Assembly: GCF_009914755.1 (NCBI RefSeq)
Contig: NC_060947.1
Strand: one strand, 5' to 3'
DNA length: 64,000 nucleotides
Source: the human T2T-CHM13v2.0 reference genome, Homo sapiens
In this document: positions 42,776-55,266 of the stretch, piece by piece
How positions within the stretch are numbered: the stretch's first letter is position 1
How the letters are laid out: each line of letters begins with the position of its first letter
Notes under the pieces: generated by a model
Seen by the model: only the letters and a program-made list of their open reading frames with translations
Database searches by the model: none
Told to the model about the DNA's origin: nothing
Position numbers and translations under genes: made by a program

Positions 42776-43848
42776 CTGGAAAGGAACATTGGAGCCTTAA
42801 ATACCACTTTGTGGCTTACATGCCTATTAAAATAGAACTTTTTTTCCCCTGGCTATCTATAGGGGAGAAGGACTGAGAAGCTAGAGAGGGAAGATATCTC
42901 AAAACCACGCTAAGGAGGGAATGCACAGTGTAGGAGGTAAAGTGTGGAGATGGGAAAGAGTGATTTGTATTGAAGTGAGAGGGGCTAGAAAAAAAGGGAT
43001 TAGAGAATGGGGAATGAAGAGGGTGCTGGAGGATGAAGAGAGGTGGGCAGGGTTCTGGGACCAAGCCCTTGAGAGGACTGGGCAGTATTTTGAAATTTCT
43101 TCCAGTTATCAAGTTATTCTATTGATCATGGCAAAGCTTTTGCTCTGTCCAGTTTGAAAGACAGTCCTCTCCAATCAGCCTGTAAAAGTTGGTGAGCTGG
43201 GTTACATGACTGCTGTGGCCAGAGCCTGGTGCTAAGGCCTGCTGAGGAGATGAAAAAGAGCTTCCCTTTCCTGGGGAAGCTTATGGACTAGCCGGGAAGA
43301 CAGTGTAGGATTGCATGGGTAAAAAGTAAACCACTTTAGGCAGTGACATGAAAGGGGGCCACCATGCTATGGAGTTGTTGGTTGAGGAGAGAGTTGAGAA
43401 GAAAAGATGTGAATGGCTGGCTGGTTCCTAGAACACTCCTAACTGACTCTTGGCTAAGGGTTCCCTGGAGATCACATGGATTTTCTCCCTGCCCTCTCAG
43501 ACTGAAGAATTCTTTTTCCCTAGCTGGAGCAGTAGGGCCCGGACAGAGGTTCTAGAAATGGATGAACTCTCCAACAATTTTTTCAGCCTGCTTGGTGCCT
43601 CCAAAATACCTGCTACAGGTCCTGGGATAACAGTGACTTTAGAAGACTCAAAAAAGGACATGACGAATGGCACGGGTTTGATTTTCAGTTTTATTCACGT
43701 TAATAATAATAATAATTCACGTTAAAAAAAGCCTCAGCCCACTTTTAGGCAGGCCCCAGAGTCCTAAGCAAGGCCCAGGCTGCTGTTGTAACTTTGTAAT
43801 AATTGAGCACTGGTCATGACAGACTCCATTATGAGCTCAGGATCAGCC

Positions 43849-44046
43849 TATATATATGAGCAGGAGGGGACAGGCTGCAGGCAGTTGCGGGTTGCAGGAG
43901 TTCAGGAAAGGAGGTGGGACTAGAGTCAACCTGGAATAGCTCTACAGTAACAATGGCAGCCTTTTTGTTGCTGGGACATCCATACAGGCAACTTAGCTGG
44001 TGAAAGGACTCTGGATTGGTTGGCAGTCTGCTTTTTTTTTTCCAAG
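43849..44046 (+). promoter_or_regulatory. TMEM31: TMEM31 TATA-like box and probable non-coding exon 1 (~43880-44046)
   Basis: TATATATAT at 43849-43857; donor AAG|GTAGGC at 44046. Confidence 0.6.
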
Positions 44047-44172
44047 GTAGGCATTGAGAAGGCACCAAGATCAAAACTCCTATAAAGATAAGATCTTGGT
44101 ACCTGCAGGCAGATTTGTTCGACACAGCTAAAGAGGGGGTGGGGACAGTTAGCTTAGAAAATGGAGTGTCCT

Positions 44173-44476
44173 GGCCGGGCGCGGGGGCTCACGCCTGTAA
44201 TCTCAGCACTTTGCGAGGCCGAGGCGGGCGGATCACGAGGTCAGGATATCGAGACCATCCTGGCTAACACGGTGAAACCCTGTCTCTACTAAAAATACAG
44301 AAAATTAGCCGGGCGTGGTGGCGGGCGCCTGTAGTCCCAGCTACTCAGGAGGCTGACGCAGGAGAATGGCGTGAACCCGGGAGGCGGAGCTTGCAGTGAG
44401 CCCAGATCACGCCACTGCACTACAGCCTGGGCGACAGAGCGAGACTCCGTCTCAAAAAAAAAAAAAAAAAGAAAAA
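44173..44476 (+). mobile_element. Alu (young AluY, CpG-rich)
   Basis: Near-consensus sequence; TSD AGAAAATGGAGTGTCCT. Confidence 0.96.
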
Positions 44477-45228
44477 AGAAAATGGAGTGTCCTTTTTTCT
44501 TGCCCTTCTGCTAGGTGTATACACATATTTTTCTAACCCTTGGTATGGGTTAGGAAATGCTTTTAGGTTTCTTGAAGAATGAGTCCTACTCGAGGACATG
44601 TAGTTGTGGATTAGTCCACTAGAGGGCGTACTGCCCAGGGACCAACTAAAGGACTAAAGGGTAGGGACTGATAAATTCAAACCACTAGATGAGACAGGAG
44701 CCCTGCCCTCAGCAGAAAGGAACCTTAGCAAGGGACATGAAACCAAGGAGGTAGTTTGTGAGATATTTTTAGTGCGGACATACGGTAGGGGTGCCCCTGG
44801 AGCAGCTGAGGTGGGAGGTGGTGTGTTGAGGAGAGAACATTCCTTGTGCTAGTGTGGCCCAGACAAGCTAGAGTCAGGATTTTAAGAGTGGGTTCACAGC
44901 ATTGTTTCCCATCCCCCAGAGGTCATTATGCTCTTGCCTCTCTGGCTTTAGAGCCTCCAGATTAGACAGAAAACATGGAGTCAGAGCTGAAGACAGACCA
45001 GAACTCTGTGTCTCTAATGGTTAAGCAACCAGTATGTAGCTCAGTTAAGCCTTTCAGCTTTGCTCATAATTGGACACTTGCTTCTGTGAGGCTGGCCCAG
45101 GCACCTCTGTTGTCATGACAACTTACCTAGCACCTATTGTCTGGGCAATTGGGGGTAAACTGCCTCTGTTGTCATGACGACAAGATTTCTTTTATATTTC
45201 CCCAGGTGATCACTTTACTGTAGAAGAA

Positions 45229-45330
45229 ATGAGGTTAACAGAAAAGAGTGAGGGAGAACAACAACTCAAGCCCAACAACTCTAATGCACCCAATGAAGAT
45301 CAAGAAGAAGAAATCCAACAGTCAGAACAG
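45229..45330 (+). CDS. TMEM31: Transmembrane protein 31, first coding exon (MRLTEKSEGEQQLKPNNSNAPNEDQEEEIQQSEQ)
   Basis: Acceptor TTTTATATTTCCCCAG| at 45206; ATG at 45229; donor CAG|GCAAGT; joins 46564 in frame to give 168 aa. Confidence 0.85.
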
Positions 45331-45499
45331 GCAAGTGGTGGTTTCTCAATTCCAACTTAGTTATGGGGGTCCTCTTATAATGCTCCCCTAGAAAGACACC
45401 AATGCCTGATTGTTGAATTCTTAACCACCAATTAGTGTATGACAACCTGGGCTACCTTCCTCCCGGTTGTGGGGGAGCAATTACTACTCAAAGCAATCT

Positions 45500-45797
45500 C
45501 TTTTTATTTATTTATTTATTTACTTATTTTTTGAGATGGAGTCTCACTCTGTTGCCCAGGCTGGAGTGCAGTGGTGTGATCTCAGCTCACTGCCAGCTTC
45601 AAGTGATTCTCCTGCCTCAGCCTCCTGAGTAGCTGGGATTACAGGTGCCCACCACCACACCGGCTAATTTTTGTATTTTTAGTAGAGACAGGGTTTCACC
45701 ATGTTGGTCAGGCTGGTCTCGAACTCCTAACCTTGTGATCCACCCGCCTTGGCCTCCCAAAGTGCTGGGATTACAGGCGTGAGCCCCCGTGCCTGGC
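45500..45797 (-). mobile_element. Alu (AluS-like)
   Basis: Alu reverse-complement; TSD AAAGCAATCTCT. Confidence 0.93.
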
Positions 45798-45918
45798 AAA
45801 GCAATCTCTTATTAGCTAACTTGGTAAGGTTCTACTACTAGCTAACATATCTTCAGTGCTTATTCTATGTCAAGCAGTGTGCCCATGCCCTTAATCAATC
45901 TACTATACTGACTTACAG

Positions 45919-46005
45919 AATCAAAGAGATTAAAGTAATCAAAGAGATTAAAATCAAAGAGATTAAAGTAATCAAAGAGATTAAAGTAATCAAAGAGATT
46001 AAAGT
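45919..46005. repeat. Minisatellite, 5 copies of AATCAAAGAGATTAA(AGT)
   Basis: Units of 18, 15, 18, 18 and 18 nt. Confidence 0.95.
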
Positions 46006-46045
46006 ACTTAGCTTAACAGTGACCAGCTTAGTACTAGAATCCAGG

Positions 46046-46384
<339 letters not shown>

Positions 46385-46489
46385 CTAGTCCTTGCAGCCC
46401 TGGGGTGGGTCTTGGTTTGTGGGGAGGCGGAGTAGGGAGGAAGGAGTCCAAAGGAGAAAGGCAGTGGGCCGCTCCCTAGTTGTACTCAC

Positions 46490-46639
46490 CAAGCGTTGGC
46501 GCCTCTGCCTTCTTCGAAGTCGTATGAATTCTTTATGCTGACGAGAAACAAAATTTATGGCAGCATACTCCAGCAAGGCAGCGAACACAAAGAGCAGACA
46601 CACAGCCATCCAGATGTCGATTGCCTTCACGTAGGACAC
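46490..46639 (-). pseudogene. GLRA4: GLRA4 exon 8 (TM3 and start of the intracellular loop)
   Basis: [50 protein letters not shown]; TAG| ... |GTGAGT. Confidence 0.96.
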
Positions 46640-46968
46640 CTACAACATCCAGCGACAGAACGATCAACCTTCTTGAAGTCCTTCCGTGGCCTACTGAGTG
46701 GATTTTCAACCCCTATCGATTGCCTGCTCTTTTTGAGCTTTATCCTGAATTTCTTCTGGTGTTTAAAGAAGCCTTCCATGACATATCCCATTGTCTGAAA
46801 GCCCAGATGGAAAAGATCGGACTGCCCATCATACTCCACCTCTTCGCACTCTCCACCCTCTACTTCTACAAGTTTTTCCTTCCTACAATTCTTTCCCTTT
46901 CTTTCTTTATTCTTCTTGTACTTCTGCTTCTGCTTTTTATTATTGTCTTCATTCTGATCTTCTTCTGA
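46564..46968 (+). CDS. TMEM31: Transmembrane protein 31, last coding exon (hydrophobic C-terminus)
   Basis: Acceptor GGCAG| at 46563; [24 protein letters not shown]...[14 protein letters not shown]; AATAAA at 46981-46986. Confidence 0.88.
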   Translation, partial: HTPARQRTQRADTQPSRCRLPSRRTPTTSSDRTINLLEVLPWPTEWIFNPYRLPALFELYPEFLLVFKEAFHDISHCLKAQMEKIGLPIILHLFALSTLYFYKFFLPTILSLSFFILLVLLLLLFIIVFILIFF

Positions 46969-47776
46969 TTCTTTTGTTTCAATAAACAGCAATGAGCATG
47001 AACACTGCATTTGTCTTCCCTCTGTTATCTCCTAGGGTCCTCACAGCCTCAGTGGTAATTGGTCAGGCAGCGTTCACAATTCCGATGTGAGACACATGAG
47101 GACACTTAAGGCCCAGAGCAGATGGTCTTAGCCAAGATTACCCAGTGAGAAGGTGGCACTAGGACCTGAGGGTTCTGGGCTTTCAATTCAGTGGCATTGC
47201 CATTTACTTAGGCTGTGGTCTCACTGACAAACTAGGAGTTCCTTCCTTTCCCTCCTCCACCCCTGTTCTTCCCTTGGTCCTGTGGTTTTCCTTGTTGCTC
47301 TTTTGGAAAGGCTCTGCTGATGAATTTAGCTCAGTAGTAAGCTGGGGCCTCATCTCTCACCCTGGAGAGAACAGGGCAGGGATACTGAGGGAACACCACC
47401 CACCCCTTTAAGGATGCTTCGCTAGTTGCAAGATGTGGTTGGCATCCACCTATCCAGTCCTTTGTACTCTCCTCTCACTGCTTTCCTTGGCAGCCTCTAA
47501 GTACTTTTGTCTCCCACTTTCTGGCCTCTTCCAGGCATTGCAGCTGGATGGGGCCAGGAGTGGGGGACAGAGCTCAGGTTTAGACCTTTTCATCTTCTCA
47601 ACCAAATTACCTGCTACTTAGTTTTGAGCTGCTGAGCTTACCACATAGCGCACCCCAGCAAGAACAGAATTTCGGACAGGCCACTTCTTTCATCAGCCAC
47701 TGCTATGATGGGAAGTGAGGGTGCTGCAGACCCCAGGTAAGGAGCAAGTTTCACTGGATAAATAAATCCTCTGCTT

Positions 47777-48102
47777 CAATGATTCTTAACTGGGGACAAC
47801 TCCGTCCCCCACCAGGTACATTGGGTAATATTTGGAGACATTTTTGGTGGCACAATTTTGAGGGAGGAGGTGGCTACAGACATCTAATGGGTACAGGCCA
47901 GGGATGCTGCTAAACATCCTACAGTTCACAGCTCCCTGCCTGGCCTTCAACACACAGACACGCACACACACAAGCACACATACAGACACATACAGACACA
48001 CACAGACACACATACAGACATGCACACACACACACACATGCACACACACAACAAAGAATTATCTGGCCCCGAATGGCAAGAGTGCTAAGGGTGAAAAACC
48101 CT
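47777..48102. mobile_element. MER20-like hAT DNA transposon interrupted by a CA-rich repeat (~47950-48050)
   Basis: ttggagacatttttgg...gaggccagggatgctgctaaacatcctaca-like core...aagaattatctggccc. Confidence 0.7.
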
Positions 48103-48416
48103 GCTCTAACTCTTTTAGGGCAATGTCACTGAGATGGTGGCAGTGGGTTACTAGACAACCCTGATGAAGCATCCTTTGGTGTCTCTACTTTGCCACTTAC
48201 TAAGAGGGCATCCTATTTCATTCACCATCCCTCAGTCCCACAGTGCTCCCAAGGATATCAAATACCTGCTATTAAGATCAATAATGAGGTAATTACTCAT
48301 TATTATAAAGAGATGGCCATGAAGGTCCTTAGACCATCAAAGAAAAAGACACTTTAAGCACTAGGAAGAAAGTCCTGTTAATGATAAGTGTGTCAATAAT
48401 ACATCTTAGAAATCTC

Positions 48417-48741
<325 letters not shown>

Positions 48742-50610
48742 TCAGGAATCTGTCCACTCGCTATCCTAGCACATCTGAAGGGTTGCAAGTTTTCTGAATG
48801 GTCTCCTTGCATCTACTCTTGCCACCTCCAATCTGTTCTCCAAACAGTAGCCAGAGTTGTTTTCAAAATGTAAATCTGATTATATCACTCCCCTTTATGA
48901 TCCTTCAGTGGTTCTCCATTACCCTTACGATACAGTCTTTGCTCCCCTTATCATGATATCTAGCCTTTGCCTACCTGTTCAGTTTCATCACACCCCTTGT
49001 AATCTGCTGTGGTGAACTATTTCAGTAGTTTCCCAAAGAGCCAATCTCCTCTAACCTTTCTCTCATTTACCTGGATAACTTTTACTCATCCTTCAGCTCT
49101 CATTTTAGATACCACATCCCCTGGGAAGCCTTCCCTAATCATCCCAGTCTGTGTCGGTTGTCCTGCTGTATGTGCTCAGGTTACCTACAACTTCTTAGCA
49201 TCCATCACATACCTGGCCATTCCCTCCACTAGACTGTGAGCTCTTCGATGGCATGGACTGTTTCTATCTCGATCACTGTTCTGCTTCCAATGCCTAGCTG
49301 AGTTTCTGGACTATAGTAAATATTTTTTTGAATGAATGAACAGATAGATGGTTTAGCAACATGTGATGTGTATATCTGCTGGCTTCTGCTTGCTCTCTAC
49401 CCTCCTTACCACTACCTGCCCCAATAGCTGTAGGCCATTTAGATGATAGGATCTAGATAGAAGTGGCTCCTTCCCTGCTGCAACTTTAGGTCTAATCTCC
49501 TAGCCTCTGGAATAAATTTCCATTTAGTCCTTCCATTCTGCTTTGAGCTCCCTGCAGTTGAGGGGATCAAAGTCCTGGCAAAGAGATGGTAATCAGTGCC
49601 TTTGGTGGCACCATAAAGGCAAAGTAACAGTTGTTTCTTGGGAACATGAGGAATGGCCACTCCAATCTAGTTCCCTTACAAAGTAAGCCCCTACCACTCT
49701 CATTCTGGACACTAGAGTTGTATTAGGGGTGTGAGACTGGTGTGACTTTTGGAAGCCCCTGGCCTGACCTCATGGGCACCCACCAAACTTAATGTTGCAC
49801 AAACTCAAGAGTGAGCAGACAGTCCCTGGCTTACTGAGTCCCTTGCTCTGAGGGGCTGGTTAATGAGGCTATTTAGTTCAGGGTGCAGGCCTGGATATTT
49901 TGCTTACTGGCCAATGAGGCCATGAAGAAGTCATTAAAATCTGACAAGAAGGTACCAAATGCTGCAAACAACCCTCAAACAAAGACTTTTTTTTTTTTCC
50001 AAATAAGGAAACTAAGTGATTCCTGGGAGCAGATGGATTATGTTCACTCACAGGAGGGAACCAGAAAAGGAAGTTCTCTTGGCAAGAATAAGGCATAAAT
50101 TGCAGTACCTCCCTGCTTTAGAGATGAATCACCTTGCATGGCAGAGGCAATAAACTAGGGCAGGGTTCTTAGGTCTGAACTACTTTTCTGCTTCTGGTCT
50201 CCTTACAACATCATTATCAAAACACGACCATCACAGCCTGGTCTGGCCGTGTAGCCCTTGCCTAAGTCCAGCCTGCCTCTCAGAGCCTTGCCAATATCCC
50301 TGTCCATCTAGGAAACACATTTACAGAAAATGATCTCTAACAACGTTTCCCGGGACATGTGATTCTGATCTGAGTTTTGTCACCATTTATCCCTATAGGG
50401 TTTTGGATCACCTCAAAGGGTTTCTGACAACTCAAAAATAATTAGGGACAACACCAGCTGCTTTAGCCCCAGATTCATCACTCAGTTTTTTCAACGTTGA
50501 CACCTGATAATTATAACAATAGTTAACATTTATTGAGCGGTTATTATGTGCCAAACACTGTCCTGTGTGTTAATACATTATATTTTGCAATAACCCTATG
50601 GAACTGGTAA

Positions 50611-50913
<303 letters not shown>

Positions 50914-51937
50914 AGGAACTGGTAATATTCTTATTCCCATGTTATAGGCAAGATGATTGAGAGGTTAAGGAATTTACCTAAGGTAAATTATTAGTAGATG
51001 ATGAGCCTGGGAGACAAACCCAAATCTGTCTGACCCCAATCTCCTACTCCTAATCACTAGCTCCCCAACCCCCGCCATGTAGCAAATTCATAAATTCACC
51101 ATGGATGTCTGAAATTACCTGCCGTGTAAGCCCGCAGTAAAAAGTCTTCTTAGGAACAAGCACTGAGAGATGGGAGATCACAGGGCCTGGTTCCCAACAA
51201 ATCAGTGCAAGAGGGAATATGTTCATTGTAAGATCCACAAGGAACTGTGTTGCTTTTGCTTCCTGTTATTTTTCCATGACAAAGTTCAGTGGCTGGTACA
51301 TAGTACATGCTCAATAAATATTTATTGAATGAATAAATGGCCTTGTTCCCTGATTCGTTCAGAGCCTTGCTGACTGTAAGGACTTTGAGGTGACCTCTAA
51401 ATTCCCTACATGAAGACATGAGGCAGGGAGAATCTGTGCCCAGTCCCATCAGCACAAATCTTCCTGCGTAATCAAAACATCACTGGGCCCAGACAACTGG
51501 AGTTCACTGACTTTAATTGCTATTTTCTACCTCAATTTTCTCATCCCAAAAGAATGGATAATATCTCTAGAGCGCTTTGTGATAGTTTCTAATTTCTGAT
51601 ACAGTAAGATGACAGAAATTGGTTCAAAACTCTGATATTGTTTTGGTTGTTTCTTATAAGGCATGATCTTAAGAAGGTTATTTTACCACTCTGGGCTGTA
51701 TTCTCCTCATTTGTATTATGAGGCAGTAGGACTTTCTACTTGCTGAGGATCTTTTGACCTTGGACATGCTAGTATTTCCTGAAGAGAGTCAAAGTAAGGC
51801 ACTGTCTCTCCTCATTCCCTAGCCAGATAGTATCCCTAACCCCAGCCTCCACATTGTCAACAATGTTATTAGCAGTATATTACAGGGAGAGAGAATGCAG
51901 GACACCAGCTTTTGCCCAGTGGGTCTTCTCAACCTTA

Positions 51938-52267
<330 letters not shown>

Positions 52268-54084
52268 TCAGGCCCCAGGTACCCAGCCTGTAGCTGAGCC
52301 TGAGGGGATTAGGACAGGATTAGGGCAGCCCTCTACTGACCAGCCTCTGGGCACCTCAGCTGGGCCCATGAATGAGCCTTTCATAATGGCCCCAGGTAAT
52401 GCCAGATGTACGTACTAAGGAAGCTCTCAGAGCGACCATCAAAGACTTGGCCTTTGGCTCCCAGCACTTTCATTTCCAGCGGAAGGCCTTTCACGTGACT
52501 GCACAGCAAGAGGATAAGGAGCAGGAGGGCTCCAGAGTCAGACTGCCTGGGTTTGAATCCTGAACCTTCCACTGTGTGACTTTGGGCAAAACACCCAAGC
52601 GTTTTGAGCTTCAGTTTCCTTGCCTGTAAAACAGAGTAGTGATACCAACTGCATCACTGGGCTATTGGAAAAATTAAACAAGATAATGTATTTGAGGTGT
52701 TTGACACATAGGTAGCTGTTACTATTGTTATCATTATTAACAAAACAATTAGCTTAGACTCCACTTAGATCTCAGGGGCCATGCTTGTGCTTGCTAGTGC
52801 CCCAGAAGCTCTCTAGCAACAACAATTCACTGGGATAAACACTGCTTGTGTCTTAAGCAAGTGAGAAGAGCCGGATAGCAAACATCTGAAAACAGTGCCC
52901 AACAGAGACCAGCTCCAGACAGCGGGGAGCAGGTTCCCATAGAGCATCAGGCTGCAACATTCTATTCTACCAACAAAAAGTGCATTGGCCCAGGCACACC
53001 GACCAATGCTCCACCTCCTTTGCCAGACTTCACTTTACTCTGCTTTCCAGGGCCCTAGGGCTAAGAAAATACTAACGCAGAGCTTCTCTTGGAAGCAGAG
53101 GCTCAGGATAATCCAAGCAAGAAGGAGAAGATGCATATATTGTTATTTTATTCTGGCCTAGGTCTAGTCTTATCAGGCCTACTTGTTTCTTCAAAGTCAG
53201 TGATGTTGTCAATGACTGATTATGGCTTTGACACATTGTATGATGCTGTGACCTCTTACTGTTCCCTGAATCCACCTCACTTCATCCCACCCTGGGATTC
53301 TTGCCGTGACATGCCTTTATTAGGTACCTATACTTTCTTTCCTTTCTTTCCTTCTTCTTCTTCTTTTTTTTGCAATAGCAGTTTTGTTTTTAATTCCAAA
53401 ATTAAAACTTGTTTAGTATAGAAAAAATAAGAAGTAGAGAAGGAATAATAATATTCATAAGCTTACATTTATCAAACCCTTACTAAGGGACCTGACTTTA
53501 CCTCATTTAATCCTATAGCAACTCTTTGGGGCAAGTAAAATTATTATCTCTCATATTACAGATAGGAATACGGAGGCATGAAGAGATTAAATTATATTTC
53601 TCAAGGGCGCTCAACTAGTAAATGATGGAGCCAGAATCCAAACTCAGCTCTATCTGCCTCCAAAGTTCTTGCTCTTATCTGTTGTATCACATTACTTTAG
53701 AGACATTTAGTGCTATTTCCACCTAAGGTTTTTAAATGCATGCTTTTGGTTTGTTTCTTTTACCATAATATAATCATTCTGTATTTATACCTCCGAATCT
53801 TACCTTTTTTCACTCCTACTTTCCCACATTGATATAAGCACCTTGTAACCATTCCTTTTAATGTCTGCATACTAGTCCACCAAGCAGACGCACATGTAAT
53901 TTTCTTAACCTCTGCCCTATTGGTGGATATTTAAAACAGTTCCAAGTTTTTGCTAATATAAACAGCCACCCAGGAGCCCCCTTGGGGTCTAAGGCCAATG
54001 CAGTATTTTGGAATATTTCCATATAATACATTTCAAGGAGTAGGATTCCTGGATAAATAAGTAGAAACACAATTTTAGCTTCTA

Positions 54085-54282
54085 GACTAAAGTTTCTCAA
54101 AGCATGTTTGCTGGACCACCTGCACCACAATCCTCAGGATGCTTGTTAAAATGCAGATTTCTAGGCATCACTCCAAGTACAGGTAACCATAATCAGAATC
54201 TCTGAGAGGTAGAGCCCAGGAGGCAACATTTTAATAGACTCCCCAGGGGAATATAGTGCACACCAAAGTTTGAAAACCACTG
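54085..54282. mobile_element. MER5A-like hAT DNA transposon
   Basis: gtttctcaaa...cttgttaaaatgcagatt...aaagtttgaaaaccactg. Confidence 0.7.
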
Positions 54283-55125
54283 ATCTATATACAAATTGCC
54301 AACTTTTTTACTCCAAAAAGTTTATATCAATTTTCATTCCCCCTTGCATTTTCTAAATTCAATGGCCTTTTCCTCTTCCCACTCCCCACACCCCCACATA
54401 CATGCACACACATATTCATGGGGCAGCACCCAAAACATATCAGCCCACCATGGAAGGGACCCGGGATCTCCCCTCTTCAGGCTGCTGCCTCTATTTCAGG
54501 GTCAGAGCTCCGCGCAGACAAATTGTCAGGGAAAATGTGGAGCCAGCAACTCTTACAGAAGCTGCAGGGGGGCAGATGCTCAGCCTGGGAAAGCAGCCCT
54601 TCTCCACTTCTTAGCTGACATTTCACACCTGGGAAGTTCCTGAGAGCTGGCAGTGGTAGCGACAGTGGGAGGTGTGGACTGTAAGCTGGCCACTGCCCTC
54701 AGGCTTGTTCCCTCTGGGTTCAGCATAGTCACTCCCTATTACCAGATGTGGATTCCCCGCTTCCACACAAAGTTGACCCCAGGAAAAGTGGGAAACTGTC
54801 CACCCACTGTCATTTGCTCTGCAGCATGCGACAGGAACAAGAACACAGACTTTGGAGTTAGAAGGCTTGGATTTAAATTCTAAATCTGCCATTTACTAGC
54901 TGTGCGACTTGGACACTTGATTTAACTAACTTCTTAGAACCTCAGTTTTCCCTTTCTGAAAAATGGTATTTATAGTTGCTGTCACAAATAAATAAGTTAT
55001 ATGAAGCACCTGGCCCCATATCTGACATAGATTGAACCTTCGATAGAGGCCAGCTGCCTTGTCCCCTTGCCTCACATCTGAAGGTTCTCCTGTGGCTCAC
55101 AGCCAATAAAGATCCTGGTTTTTAC

Positions 55126-55266
55126 CTGTGTTGTAGTGCTTGGTACAACAGCCTAGATCCTTCTCATCCCGCAAGATAAACTGGGGCAGAGTCAGCCCCT
55201 CAGCCACTTGGACAGCAGGAGCATCTTCCAGCCACTCAAACACGAGGTCTTTCATGGTGTAGCCAA
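55126..55266 (-). pseudogene. GLRA4: GLRA4 exon 6 (loops B, F, C)
   Basis: [46 protein letters not shown]; TTTCAG| ... |GTAAAA. Confidence 0.95.

Noticed and set aside
45229-45330. TMEM31 N-terminus loosely resembles acidic BEX/TCEAL N-termini from this chromosomal region
   Set aside because: Only compositional similarity (E/Q/N/P-rich); no alignable motif by eye
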